Shown here: piece after piece, positions 21,585 to 35,100 of the stretch | Position numbering within the stretch: position 1 is the first letter of the stretch | Layout: every line of letters starts with the position of its first letter | Assembly (NCBI GenBank): GCA_000934665.2 | Contig: KZ537964.1 | Span: 186,001 to 229,501 of the forward strand | Source of the DNA: Catajapyx aquilonaris | Lineage: Eukaryota | Direction of reading: 5' to 3' | Length of the DNA: 43,501 nt | Made by a program: the position numbers and the translations under genes | Notes under the pieces: generated by a model | The model's input: the letters and a program-made list of their open reading frames with translations, nothing else | Told to the model about the DNA's origin: nothing | The model's database searches: none

Positions 21585-23699
21585 AATTTACTGGCTGCCC
21601 AACTAGTTTGTATGCCTGATATGATTGTTGCTTTTCATTAGTTGGATGTTGGCCCTGTAGAATAGGCTAGTCCCTTAACAACACACAGTTTGATATTATG
21701 CAATATGATCAGGCACACAAATTTACTGAGCCTGCAATAATTTTACATGTTACAGTTGGCGCTAGAAATCTTCTTTATGGCGAAAAAAAAAAAAGTTCAA
21801 GGAGTCAATTATTAAGATTCCTCCAGATAGCAATTTACCATAAAGAAGTTTCCCGGCATTAACAATGCCCTCATTGTTGTGCATCCCCGGAGAAAAAAAA
21901 TATTCAAAGATTACAGCGATGTTACATCAGTGTCCGTTGGGTCAAGCCTGTTGTCACTTACACACATGCACACTCACACTGAAAAAACACACTTAGTCTA
22001 CACTTTCTTTTTCTTTTTTGTTCCAGTTTACGATTACAGATAATCGTGTAAGGCCTCTGGAGGCAAAATAATACAAAAAGGGACATATTTCAGTCTTTTC
22101 AAAGCACATTCTAGGTGTCTTTGGAATTATCAGTTGTTCATAAAATTCGAAACGATGAAGCAGTTTCGCATGCACTGAGGTGGGATGATTGTAGCATGAG
22201 TTGGACAAAGCCCATGCAGTAATTAGGGAGTAGCATAAAACTTATATACACTCATGTAACATTGTTGGGCTGCTTAGTTCACCATATACGGAGCAGGGGA
22301 GGGGACAAAACAGCTGCAATTTCCTACATTTTTGTACTGTTGTTTTTGGGATGCACACAATTAAGTTTTAAAATTAATTACAAAACATTGCTGCAGTTCT
22401 CATGATGTGGTAGGGCACAAAAAATTGGCGATTATAAGTATAACAATGGTGGAATGAAGGAACATAAAACAATACTTGATTGTTCCTACCAAAAGGTGTA
22501 AAACATTTAATGGGTAGGTGTAGTGGGGGAGTCGATTAAATAAATGCCAGTCATAGTTTGGAAAAGCGGGTGTTCCACTGCAGTCATTGGCATTTGAGCT
22601 GCGAAATGGTGTTATGTAGTATTACAAGCAGCAAATCAATAATGTTGGCTGACTTTGACTGAATATTCCATGGCCAGAGGAAGAGGAGTAAAAATTATTC
22701 GCGAGTGGCAGCACATTTAGTGTGACTGTATTCCTGCGCAGATGTCAGAAATGTTTCTGTACCCAAGTCCTTTCACCACAGTAACCAATGCTCATAGTCT
22801 CCACACCAAAATGGAAATAGAAAATCAATACGACTAATCCACATTGGAGAGACACTTCTTAAACAATTTTGCCTTAACACATCCTGCGTATTTTAGCATA
22901 ATTACTAGCTCAACAATCCTGAGAAATTGATCATCAACAAGTTTGGTCAAAGTCACGCCATTTGATTGAAATCAGCTGATTATAATCAACCGTTTGCACT
23001 AAGCATCTTTACAAAATAAAACAATTCTAACAAGTCCAATTGCCGTGATTCCCTACTGATTCCTAAATCCGTATACCCGCTTAAGTTTCACATGCTAAAG
23101 AAACCACAGAGGCTGTACCAATGCCATTAATGCATTGCAATTTATTCTTACCTAATGTACTGTACCAATTAAAAAGTTTTGGGCAACTGGTTGCAGGTTT
23201 TATTGGTAGAAGAACCTAGGCAACTAAGGCTATGAAGAATGACAGGTTTAGTACTTCTGACATCCACTGGCATTCATGCGAATGATATGTCCACAACTGG
23301 TCATCCAAATATTTGGACTGGTTGAGTGCCCATTCGAGAAGGTATTTTCAATTCATGATTAAGCTGCAGCCATTCCCAGGTAAAATAATTACTGTTTGAC
23401 CTGTTGGAACCTTTTGGACAAGCAAGATGATCCTCGTGTATTGCAATGTATTGATGCGAGTGATTGGTCGACATTATAATAAAATTATGATACATAAAAA
23501 CAGCGCAAGGTGCACAAGTATCTTTTTTTAAATTATTCATTTCTAAATCCCACCCGTTACTCTACTAACTCTTGATTTATATTCACATCCCGTGTAACCT
23601 TGGTCTTAATCACACGCTTGATTCTGTGCACGGCTTTGAAAAGAAGCTTAGTGCAAACTGTGATACGTAACACTTCCCCAACATGACAGTGCTTAATCC

Positions 23700-24248
23700 C
23701 TACTGTGGTGATTGATTCCTGAACCCGTGAAGTGCTTTACTAGGAACCTTGCTCCCCCTCCTCCTCCCTGAACTCCCCTGTCCTTCGAGTGAGTCTGAAA
23801 CCATGCTGCTGTCCACTGAGTCCCTCCGAGGGTCTTCCAGAAACACAGGGAAGCGGTTAGGGAGAAGCACTTCACCATCGGTTGGCGGACGGTTCGCCGT
23901 CATTGCCAGGGATGAATCTGAGTGTATGTTGAGTGGTCCCCACTCCAAGTAGAACCGGAAGTGTGGTGCCTTTCCCTCAGAGGCAGGGGGTGACATTGGC
24001 CATGAGAGCCTGGCATCGCTCTGTCCAGCCTCCTGTGGAGTCGGGATGGTTGGGTTTGATCTTGGCCGTGACTCCAAGTTAGGACCATCCTGGAAAGGAT
24101 GGGCCTCATGCCTCAGGAGGTCCAGAAAGTTCGAGTCGGGGAGCTCCTTGCGTTGGAACGACTCGGGGGTTAGTGGTGCAGGAGGAGAGGCAGCACCAAG
24201 GCGCCTCTGTCCTGCAGGATGGCGGCGCCTGACACTTGCACCTGCAGG
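23700..24248 (-). CDS. Probable alternative terminal coding exon of the coiled-coil gene
   Basis: GC-rich 182-codon open frame in an AT-rich background, preceded by a pyrimidine tract and two AG acceptors (exon start 24248 phase 0, or 24241 phase 1). It ends in TAG and encodes Pro/Ser-rich sequence like the preceding exon. A compatible phase-0 donor AAG|GTACGA lies at 26232/26231. Confidence 0.6.
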   Translation of the reverse strand, partial: PAGASVRRRHPAGQRRLGAASPPAPLTPESFQRKELPDSNFLDLLRHEAHPFQDGPNLESRPRSNPTIPTPQEAGQSDARLSWPMSPPASEGKAPHFRFYLEWGPLNIHSDSSLAMTANRPPTDGEVLLPNRFPVFLEDPRRDSVDSSMVSDSLEGQGSSGRRRGSKVPSKALHGFRNQSPQ

Positions 24249-26174
24249 CTTCATGGAGAAAGAGACACGTGAAAAAAATCAGTCGGTTCATGATCATGGA
24301 ACAGACTATCTACTGAGCTATGGTGCAGGAACTGACAAAACTACATGCTGATTTGGCCGTCACCAGTGCTGGGTGCAAGTCGCTCTTTTGGCACACAAGA
24401 TGGCCAGTCTGCACCTATTCTCGGTTCAATAAGACGAAGTGGAAAAGCCCCAACTCCACTTACACTAATGTAGCCATGTGCACAGGCTATGACCCAATAA
24501 TTCATGCATGAAGAAAGACATTGGACTGATTAAATTCAGAAGCTGGTGCACACCTCATCAATCGTCACTCACTTCAACACCTACTGATTCACACACAAGG
24601 CACAAAATCTTACCATTATTTTGTAATACATGTACTGTACTAGTAAGTCAGTGCAGATAGAGATCTCACACATTCAATATAATTAACAAAGCAGAATGAA
24701 CAAATAATGACCAATAATTCCGCTGCAACTTTCATCTGCATAAAAAGCATACATAAAAACTTAGAAATTTTGCAATTTCTCCAATGTGTGGACTGCAACT
24801 ACCGAAAGTATCACCAGTGTGGTAATTTAATCGAACGCAGTTGGGGCTCATCCACATCCAAACCAAGCTGCAATGCTTTCAAAGCAATTACAACACTGTA
24901 AACAGCACTGAACAACAGGTTGCCTAACACGAAGCGAGACATACTCATTAATTCATTGCAAAAGCTAGTTTCCGTACGGCGTACATAACCGATTCAAACC
25001 ATGCATCAGCACAGAATAATTCACATCACAATCAGATGCATATTAGTCACTCCGTCACGCTTGCCGACACCATTCTGTCCGCCATTTTTTACAGTCCCCC
25101 TCTTTCACGGTCAAATGCACATTGCATCTAACAGTATTTCTGGCCGCAATACAAGTTGCTAAAACAGGTCCCTCAAAAAAGAGCAGGTAGAATTTTGCCC
25201 TGGGACACTATCTCGAGTGAATATTTCAAGTCTCCCAGCAAGCCTTTGTCTACTAGGAACCCTCCTTGCGGCATGCTCTCCTAAACACACAAGCGGACCT
25301 CTGGACATGTAATCACTGCATCTCCTACGGTCTAATTCAATTTCCTTTTCTGCGATAGTGCAGGTACAAAAACTTAACATGAGACAATTTGCATTACAAC
25401 AATCCTTCTCAATAGGGGCATTATTTAAATAAAAAGGTTCAGGGCAGCTGCTTGGGAGACCATCCCCTCTTTTCGTGACAGCTGTCACAGAAAAGGGGGC
25501 GTACCATCATGGGCCACGAACCATCCTCTGCTTTAAAACTCCCCCTTCCCAGTCCCCCCTCAACCTCACAGGCCAACTTTCCCATGCAGGGTCCACGCTC
25601 CAATGATTTTTCCACTCCAAATTGAAACATGATAGTCATGAAAACAGAAGAAGAAATTATCTATGCCAAAAACAACCTTGAGATGGACTTTTGTAAAGGG
25701 TGATTTCATTGACTCCCTAGCTCTAAGCCACACAAGTTAGTTAATGAAACATGAAACATTGAATCTTAACACGACATCCTGACTCTTTACAGTATGACTA
25801 ATGCCAAGTTTCGGCACTTTCAGTAGTCTGAAAGTGGATTAGGTAGCCCAGACATACAGACAAACTGTCATTTATTATGAGCGAAATATGTCGAAATTAT
25901 TAATGTTTGCCAATCATGTGCGTAAAAACGGTTTCTTCACAACACCACGCCAAACACAACGATCCTCACAATGCATCCATGCTTCCCCAAACCGAGTGGG
26001 TGGTGCAAAAGAGTCCATTACAGCAACAAACCTCTCAAAGAAAAAAAAAAAGAAGTCCATCACCTCAGCAAGAAAAGAGCATCCAACCAACAGGGGGTTA
26101 AAAAGAGAGGGTGAACCAAAAAAGAAAACCAAAAATTAACTCTGGACTTACAAACTATGACCCCACTTTTTTAG

Positions 26175-29100
26175 TCAGGGCCCCTCCAATATTTTCCACC
26201 AGCTGCCCCAGAAGGACGGTTTGGGTCGTACCTTGCCGGCCTCGACCTGGTGGTGACCTTTGACCCGCTCCTTAGAGGAGGACAGGCGTTCCCTAGCCTG
26301 TGATCTCGCTTCCTTCCTGCTGCTCTCCTTATTATTCATACTACCATTGCTGGTCTTGGACGTCAGAGACTGCTGCGTGCCCTTTGACACCAGGCTGGAT
26401 GACGAGTCGCGCCGGGAGGTCAGTGACTCCCGACGCCACGAGTGCTTCGGGGTCATGTCCCTCTTGGTTGGTGAAAGCGGAGGCTTGACAGGGATCCTAC
26501 TTGGCCTCTTTCCTTCTGTCTTGGTCTGGGGGCTGCCCGGAGTCGAACCAACATTACCCGGGTTTGAACCACCATTGGCCTCCTTATTGTTAACACCCAG
26601 GACCCTTGGCAGGTCTTGCGAGGGCAAAGCAAGCTCAAATCGGATCAACCCACGTGAACCCGGGTCACTAGCCGGCTGCTCAGTCTGGACTCCAAAGTGT
26701 CTCACAGACGGTGACCTCGGCAGGAGTGGCCTATTCAGCCCCAGGAGAGTCGACCACGGTGCTTCAGTCTGTGTCTGCGCTGAGGTCACAGGCAAAGAAG
26801 AGTGTCGCTGCTCCGTGTCCCTCAGGATGGCCTGCAGGTTCTCAAGCTCAATCAGCTGTTCCTGGATCTGACAGGAGAAAGAACTGATCAGTGTGATTGA
26901 CAGGATCATACTACTCAATAGCTGTTGCCAACATGTCTGGCTTCCCCATAAGTGGCAATCGACTTGCTGACAATTTCGCTCTAAAACACATTTTAACAAC
27001 CACCGAGGTGTAACCTAACTCCACATATCACAGCTAATTTCAACCCACGTCACCAAAGTCGTTACCATACCCGGAAATGGCCTCCCTAATTTCAACCCAA
27101 GTTCCAAACCCTCTTTTTAAAAAAATCATTTCTCCCACAAACTACTCCAAATTTGAAATCCCAGAAATCCTGCCCACATTTTGGAATTCCAGGGTTTCAA
27201 CACGCTTCTGGAGTCGATTAAGATTCCACAGCACGACTTCTCCCCAAGAAAAGGTTTTGAGTACCTAATGGCCCTAAGGGGAAAGACTTTTCTTTCACCA
27301 GATGTACAAATTGCCCCTCATTTTTTTCTCTCTCTCTCTAGGGGGGGAAAAAAATTACGAGGAAAGGTCACGCCGGCCGGCTCGTGCCTTTTAGACGACC
27401 TTGCCCATCACCAAAACCGGAAAACCTCCTCCGCCTTTGGGATGAGCCCAAGGTTCAAACAAGATGGGTTTGCCCACACCCTAAATTTGCATAGTGTTTT
27501 TAACTCCAGGTGTGGCTGAACATTTTATGCAACTTCCTTGACCAATTTTGGAATCGTCTGTCCGAAGAGAAAATTTCTACAACCCGAATCTTCCGCGTTG
27601 TAAAACCATGCAATTGGACGACAGCGGTTACTTTCTTCACATGACACCCCCCCCCCCCTTAAAAAAAAAGGAACCTGAAGAACCTCTTGAAAACAGTCAG
27701 TGATGCGTGCAGATCCACTCGAATAACAACGGACCATGTGAAATCAGCGGACACCATCCGGAAGCCCATTTTTTTGTACTATCTTACCTTGAACTGTAGG
27801 TCTTCGTTGGTCTCTCGAAGAGCGACTGTCTCTTCCTCCAGCTTCATCTTGTGGTAGCTCCACTCGTTCCTCTGCTGCGACCACGATCGAGACTCTTCTT
27901 CTCGTTGAGACCTCAGCGCCTGCGTGCGAATCAAAGAGAAATACCGATCAAAATTGCCCCTTCTGCAGTCATTGGGAGGTCAGACCAGGTCATGCCGTAC
28001 TGAAAATCGACTATCGATTTAATAACAGTTGCCAAGGGCGGATTTAATACTGCAGTCTTCCCAGCTGACCAACTCTAATCCGTTTTAATTAGGAAACTGT
28101 AGCCACAAGTAAAAGCCGTACGTCCAAACTTTTCCCATAACCATGGCAATTAAACCTCGAAGCTCCAGCCCCTGATTTATTCTCCAGGCTCTGGCTTTTC
28201 CAACAATCAATATTTTCCATAAAGTTGCAACAGTGTTGTAAACACTAAATGTACTGGAACAGTTTTATAGGGAAAAAAAAGCCTGGGCGGCATCTCTCTT
28301 TGTGGGCAGACGTGAAAGCCCCCGGTCTGGCACGGATTTGCGTTTTATAAAAGGGTTGACACGTTACGTAAATCAGGGCAAGGCGGCCTGATAAATGTGG
28401 GGGTCCCAGGTCTCTCATTCTACTAAGCAGGGTCAACGCAAACCGACACGCAAACAGGTTTCTTCATCCGAATCATGCACTGGGCGGAAAGAAAACGTTA
28501 CCTTTCATTTTGCTCCTCCGTGACCTTCGTAGTGCTCTATTCTGAGAAATCTCAACCCTTTAATGGCCGTCGCGCCAAGATTCACAATCTATCCGGCAGA
28601 GCGTCGCTAGTGTAGCTTCAAACTTTGCCCAGCTTCACACTCCTGCCAAGAGCGTCGCTAATGTAGCTTCAAACTTTGCCAAGCTTCACACTCCTGCCAA
28701 GAGCGTCGCTAGTGTAGCTTCAAACTTTGCCCAGCTTCACACTCCTGCCAAGAGCGTCGCTAGTGTAGCTTCAAACTTTGCCCAGCTTCACACTCCCTGC
28801 CAGGAGCGTTGCTAGTGCCGCCCAATATTGGAATCGACTTTTCCCCACTTGCTCATAAAGAACCTGGGATTAATCGACACTATTGGCCCCATAATACCCT
28901 CCGAAAAAAATTCCTTCCAGCTCCAGATACGAGTATATTTTAAGTGGACCACCAGCTTTTTACACATTTCCCCGCAAATGTGCGCGAATAAAATTTTACG
29001 ACCATAATAATCACGTCCCCCAAACCCACACCCAGACCCCCTCTTTTTTTAACATCCCTGAAGCTTCGTAATCTCGATGAATTATCGTTACGTTCACTGC

Positions 29101-32100
29101 ATCAACACCTAGTCCTACTTTTTCTTGCTACGCTTTCTTGACTCTTCACGCCACGTGACCTGCGTTAAATCATGCCTCCCTCCCCAAAAATTGAATACAA
29201 CCGTACACTGCTTATTTTCAGTAAGCAAACTATTTTGTAACCAATAAATTTTATCTGTAAAATAGGACGTTGCTCCATAACGACCACACCCATTGGCACA
29301 CCGATGGTCCGATTTGGAAACCGTGCTACGTCGCCCCCGTATAGCCTACCCAACGGGTCACGTTTTTGAGCCATGATATTGTGTGGACATGTGATGTGCA
29401 CAAATCATTTCCTGTCCCCATTGTTGCGTCCATAGCCCCGACAGTTTTTTGGACGTTGATCGCAGCACAGACCCCGGGGTTTTAGATTGATGGCTCTCAT
29501 TTTCAGCTCCACGCCCTGACCTTGCGGGCTACTCTAGTCTAATTGTGCACTGGGGCCCAGTGGTTACCATGCGGCCGCATTCAATATACCCATCGGCTTG
29601 CATTGGAGGGTGACCTTCGACATCGCTCGGGGACATCCCCGCTTGAATTTGCATGGCAGAGGCTAAATGGGGGACTGCAGTGTGCCAGGCTATAATAGTG
29701 TCCGCAGTGTCGATTTATAAGATGTAAGAGTCTGCAGTCTGGAGGCCAGTGACAAAAAAACACACACACACACGGTCATAGACCGTGTGTCCCATATCTC
29801 ATAATCCCGTTACCGACCTCAAACATTTTGAACCGGGCGCAGCATGGACATCTCCTGAATGTCCCCTGGATGTGTCCCTGTCTATATAAGCCCTACAGTA
29901 ATGAGACGAGTCGCCTTGATGTGCTCAGAAACAGGCAGGCACCCCCCTTGAAGAGCCCTTTTGATGTCGGTTGGATCCGGAGCAACGAACTGTGCTGACT
30001 TGCTTCTACAGCTCAATATTATGGATTGAAATACTAAGGGAGGTTGAGGGGGTGGGCTGTCTTTGAAATATCCACGATATACTTATACACCCCCCAAAAA
30101 ATCGGATGGCCAATCGATATTACTAACCGGTGCATCAACACGTAACTTGTAGCTTTTCCAGTCCCAGGCACACTGTCAACAAGGAGGCAAAGGGAAAGCA
30201 AACCTCCTCAACCTAATGTTTGCACTGGAAGCTGTGTTTACACTGCAAAGTTTGAGACTTACTATGGCGAGTTGTTTTTTTTTTTTTAAAAAAAAAAAAT
30301 CGGTTTGAACCAACATGGAAACAGCAACAGATTGAATTGAACTCATACCAATTATACTCAAATCCGATCCATTCAAAGCATGGAACAACAATCCCCCATT
30401 TTCCGGGCCATCAATGTGCGAAAATACAGTAGTATCGCCTGTTGAATGCCCCACACACACACACCGGATGGCCATTAATCAGTTCCCCCCAAAGAAGTGG
30501 GGTGCCCCCTATGACTCACTAACTGACCCTTCCGGTTTTTCACCTTGTAGCAAAACAGCCAGACATTGCAAAAAAGCTCCCAACCCCTTCGATATCATTC
30601 GAATCGATCCAGTCTGGTCTGGAAAGCCGGCACAATTTTTTACACAATTTCGCAAAGTCTCTGGTGATTTCACAGACTGGAAGCCATAACTCCATTACAG
30701 ATTTTTTTTTTTAAAAAAAATCCTTGAATTGGAGTCCATTCTCCCCTATTTTTGCTGGTTATATGAACTGTGTGGGGGTCCGAAATTTCCAGGATGTTCA
30801 ACCTGTATCCAGATCACGCCCTGGGCTCCTCATTACGGAATTGGCAAGGCAACACGTCTTCCGCTGGGGCTGACAGCAGCGGTTCTGCCAATAACGTCGT
30901 CATAGCGACAGACGGAATTCAGAAGTTTTTTTTTACAGAGACGGGTGCGTGGACTGTTTGGTCCTGGTTACTGTATCCTGCTGTGGACAGTCGCTGAAAT
31001 GAGTAAGGTAGCGGACTTGAAGTTCAAATTAGCCTGCAAGAGGCGCTCCTGCCGAGGTAGGCGCTCCTGCCGAGGTATAGGCGCTCCTGCCGAGGTATAG
31101 GCGCTCCTGCCGGGTGAGGAACATAGGAGTGCCTCTCTTGGAGGCTAATTTGAGCTTCAGGTCTGCTACCTTACTCATTTCCACAACACACTTTTCTGTC
31201 CCAAACTCTTCTCGGAGTCTGCAAACGTACCAAAATCCTGCTTAAACCCCCCCCCCCCCCTTCCCCCCTCTTCGAAAATACGGCGTGGAGGGGGGCTGGA
31301 TCCTCGCATGCTTCATTGGTAATCTTCCCAATCCCAGGGTAGATCCCAAAGCAATTAGAGAGGGTATAGCTAATCGTGGTTGGNGGGGGGGGGGGGGGGG
31401 AGAGGAGAATAAAGTCGACGTGAATGAATAGCCGACAGCGGCTGCCACCATTTCCATACTGAGGAAAAGAGAGGAGAGAGGGAGGGAGGGGGTGTCCTAA
31501 ATGCCATGGTGTGACAGGCCCCCGCCAGAACATCCTGACATTTGCTAAAACCAGCTCAGCGGATTTTCCCCTTTTCAACTCAAAAATGCTCTTTCAAAAA
31601 ACCGTATGGGAGAGTTCCGGATAAAGCTCCTCAAAATAACTTGCAGACATTTCCAGAAGGGCAATGCGGTTCCTTACTAAGAAAGGGGGGAAAAAAAATC
31701 AGTCAATTGACTGTGAAGGAAATTAAGTAACTGTGAGGTCCACAAGTAATCAAATTAGGACAGGTGAAACAAATGGAAAGTTAAACAATCACTGAATCGA
31801 GCATTCGCTTCAATATCATAACAGTATCCTCAAGGCAGGCGGTGGAGCAAAGGTATAATTATCAGGCAGTTACATAAAAATAACCATAATGGATGGAGAA
31901 CTGTAAGATGCGGAAGTGCTCAGGATGTGGTGAAATCAACGCTAATATTCCGAATCCTTGAAATCACGGTAGGATCAGCCAAGCACCATGTTTTAATAAT
32001 GCCGTTGAGATAAGATCTTCCTATTACGTGGTATCTGGTGGTATAGATCAGGATGCTCTCTACAAAATTGATTTTTTTTTTTGCCATTTACTCCAGATTT

Positions 32101-35100
32101 TCTCATTACTCAGGCAAACATGTGTAATCATATGGCCATGGAACATGCCAAATTCATGCATGAATTATTGATTATCAATAGCTTCATGAATGGCCACAGT
32201 AATGCTGCAACAGAATAACAGCAAAGTAGGTCGATCATAAATTCATAACTCACCTCGCAAGCAAGCAATAGCAGCAAGACCTGCCTCTGAAGCTCCACGA
32301 CATTTGATTCCTGAAGCACGGCAGACACTTTTCTCCTGTCTGGCCTCACCATAGGCCGACCTTTCACCTCCATGACCAAGTCCGGGGTGCCAAGGGCTGT
32401 GTCTAAGCTGCCTAACCGCACTCGGCAGTTAGTACCCTTGGACACCCCGCTGCTCTCCTCCTCCTGACTAGCACGTGACAACGATTCCTCCGCACTACCC
32501 AACGAGGGCGGTTTCTGGCGCACTGGTTTTGCTTGCGGCTTTGTCTGTGTCTGCGACCTTTGAGTTGTTCCTTTGGCTTCACGTCTGTTTCCAGACCGCA
32601 CAAACTGAGAATGTAACGTGTGTATCTTGGTGTTGAGCTCCGCCTTCAAGTTGACTGCTGTTCGCAGTTGGGATTCCAGGCTGCGTTTCTCCTCTGCCAT
32701 GCGTCTCATCCGCCTCTCCAGTTCACCCGTCCTTGCCTGAGACATGAGTGCCACTCGTTCTAGTCCATTCAATCGCTCTAACAAAAGGTGCCTTTCCTTC
32801 CTCAGTTGGTCCACTTCAGACATGGCGCGAGATAGTTGCGTCCTGCGTACCTCGTCATCATCCTCCAAGGTGTGTTGTGGCCCCACCCTCCGTCTGACCG
32901 TGGACACGTCTGGCAACCGCCTGCGTCTACGAACAGTGTTACCAGGCAGGGGGAGGCTCTGGGCATTGCGCTCTGCAGGATCTGGTTGCGGCACACGACG
33001 TTGCTGTTGGTGTTGATGGTGTTGCAGCTGCACCACTTCCTGCCTGAGGCGGACACTCTTGCGGTGGATGACGTCCAAGAGGTTCCACAGCTCATCTTCA
33101 TTCCCGATCTTGTCAGTATCACCACTGCTGGCAACATCTGAAGAGGAGGAAAAGATAGTGATATTAAAGCTGAATTTGGCCAATTGTTTAAAATTAAATC
33201 GCTGCCAGGATGATTTTTAAAAAGAGGCGCATTACACAGTCATGATATCAATGACATGAACTCTGCTTTTCTTACACGCTCCTGCAGTTTACCTATAAAT
33301 GATAACATTGAAGATTTATATCCTAAAGGCAAAATTTACACTTATTAATACTATGGACCAATACCATTACATCGTAGAATGCTCAAACTCAATTCTTGGT
33401 CTTTAAGGTTTCACGTTCTCTTTCACCTTATGTTACAACAGCGTCTTAGTTAAAATCCAAATGGTAAAGAAGCCTTATTATTCATTATAATGAACCTGTC
33501 TTCACAGGAATGGTGCCAGGTGACTGATACGCTCCTCCTGAAGCACTTTTCATAATCAAGTTCTTTATGTATGACACACAAAGGGCCAATCAACAGGACA
33601 CACGTGCAGGCCTCTCCATGTTTACCTCATTTGCAATTGCAACAGACCTTGTCAATCTTCACTCACACAGTGTTGTTGCAACTGGGGTGGACTTGTAAAA
33701 ACCACTCCTCTAATGTCCGTAAAGGGTATCTAACTTGGACACACTCTCTCTCATCATGCATAAATCAATGCAACGATACAGGAATGTGGTGTATAATTAT
33801 CATGAGCTACAACAATCAATTGATAAGCGTAATCTTGTGCATCACTATGCAGTTTACATTAACTTCATTGCTATTCAAATGGCCAAGAGCAACTTATGCA
33901 GTTCCGACTTGCACCAAGCAAATAAGCCCACATTCTGCCCTACGACTTTCTTAAAGAAGGTGTGAATACAAAGCCATGTCTCATAGCACGAGTGAAATTA
34001 ATTTTACAACCCACATCCTTCCGGACGTGTACAAAACATTTAGAAAGCATGGCCAACATCCCAAAAGACTAAGGTGGATTCCTCGACTCTTTCCTAAGAC
34101 AGTGAATCCATAATGCAATATTTCATTTTTGTAAAAACTGGAATACAAATTACCCTGCAGTCACCACAAATCACCTTTGCAGCCCCAATTTCAAGAAAAT
34201 AGAGGTTGCCAAGATGTGGGCACACTATCAAATATTCACCTCGAAATTTCTCTCCGCAAGATAATTTGACTTCTAGGGCAGTCAGTCAAGCTCAGTTTCA
34301 GTCACACACATGACAGCTATCCTTTCATGTGCAAGGTGACTTTGAATTGTGGCACATGTGGGCTACATTGTACAACAGAAAATGCCTCGGAGGTAGATTT
34401 CTACCCCTTTCTACCTGGGATAATCACCAGGCATATGTAACAGGTGCACAAATTCTCAAAAGTAACACCTGTGATTATCAGGTGTGTATACCATGCAAGT
34501 GCCCCTGGTGACAAGAAATAATGGTTGAATGTGCTTCCTCATACTGGAGTGACCTATCACTGGAGTCTGAGCAGACCCTGATGATTTGTTACTTACATTT
34601 AAAGTAGTGCTATTTTTAAAGTTAGCAGTAGCTTCACTAATTCCTACGTACTGTTACTAATTAACATTGGGAGGGGACATTTCACATACTCTTATTCTCT
34701 ATGGGATGGTAATTAAATGCATGAAGGGGTAATTATGTTAACGGTTATGAGCAATAAAATGACTCCAGTAATAACCCTACCATAATTAGGATATGCATAG
34801 GCACCATGTACTTGACTCTCACGTATACACCAGCCACAGGAAATTACTCAAACAGTAAATTACACAAACAATGAGCCAACACAAAAGAAGTCGCATTAGA
34901 TGTACAAGTGCAACAATATTACCACTTGCACAGAAAGGATATGCTGTCATTATTATTTTAGTATACCCTTTGAACCATCCTTCTCAATGGTGCTAAGTGT
35001 GTTTCTTCAATCTGACAAGTATGCAACACCTACCCTGAGTGGATCCAGTACTGATGGGCCAACTGCCTATAGGATCCCCAGAAGCCCCTGATGGCACCGA

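Noticed and set aside
26260..26871. 203-aa plus-strand ORF and similar antisense ORFs over WAPL and PKD2 exons
   Set aside because: These are shadows of GC-rich coding exons on the opposite strand.
28598..28817. CRISPR-like array
   Set aside because: Units are contiguous with no unique spacers, there are no cas genes, and the context is a eukaryotic intron.
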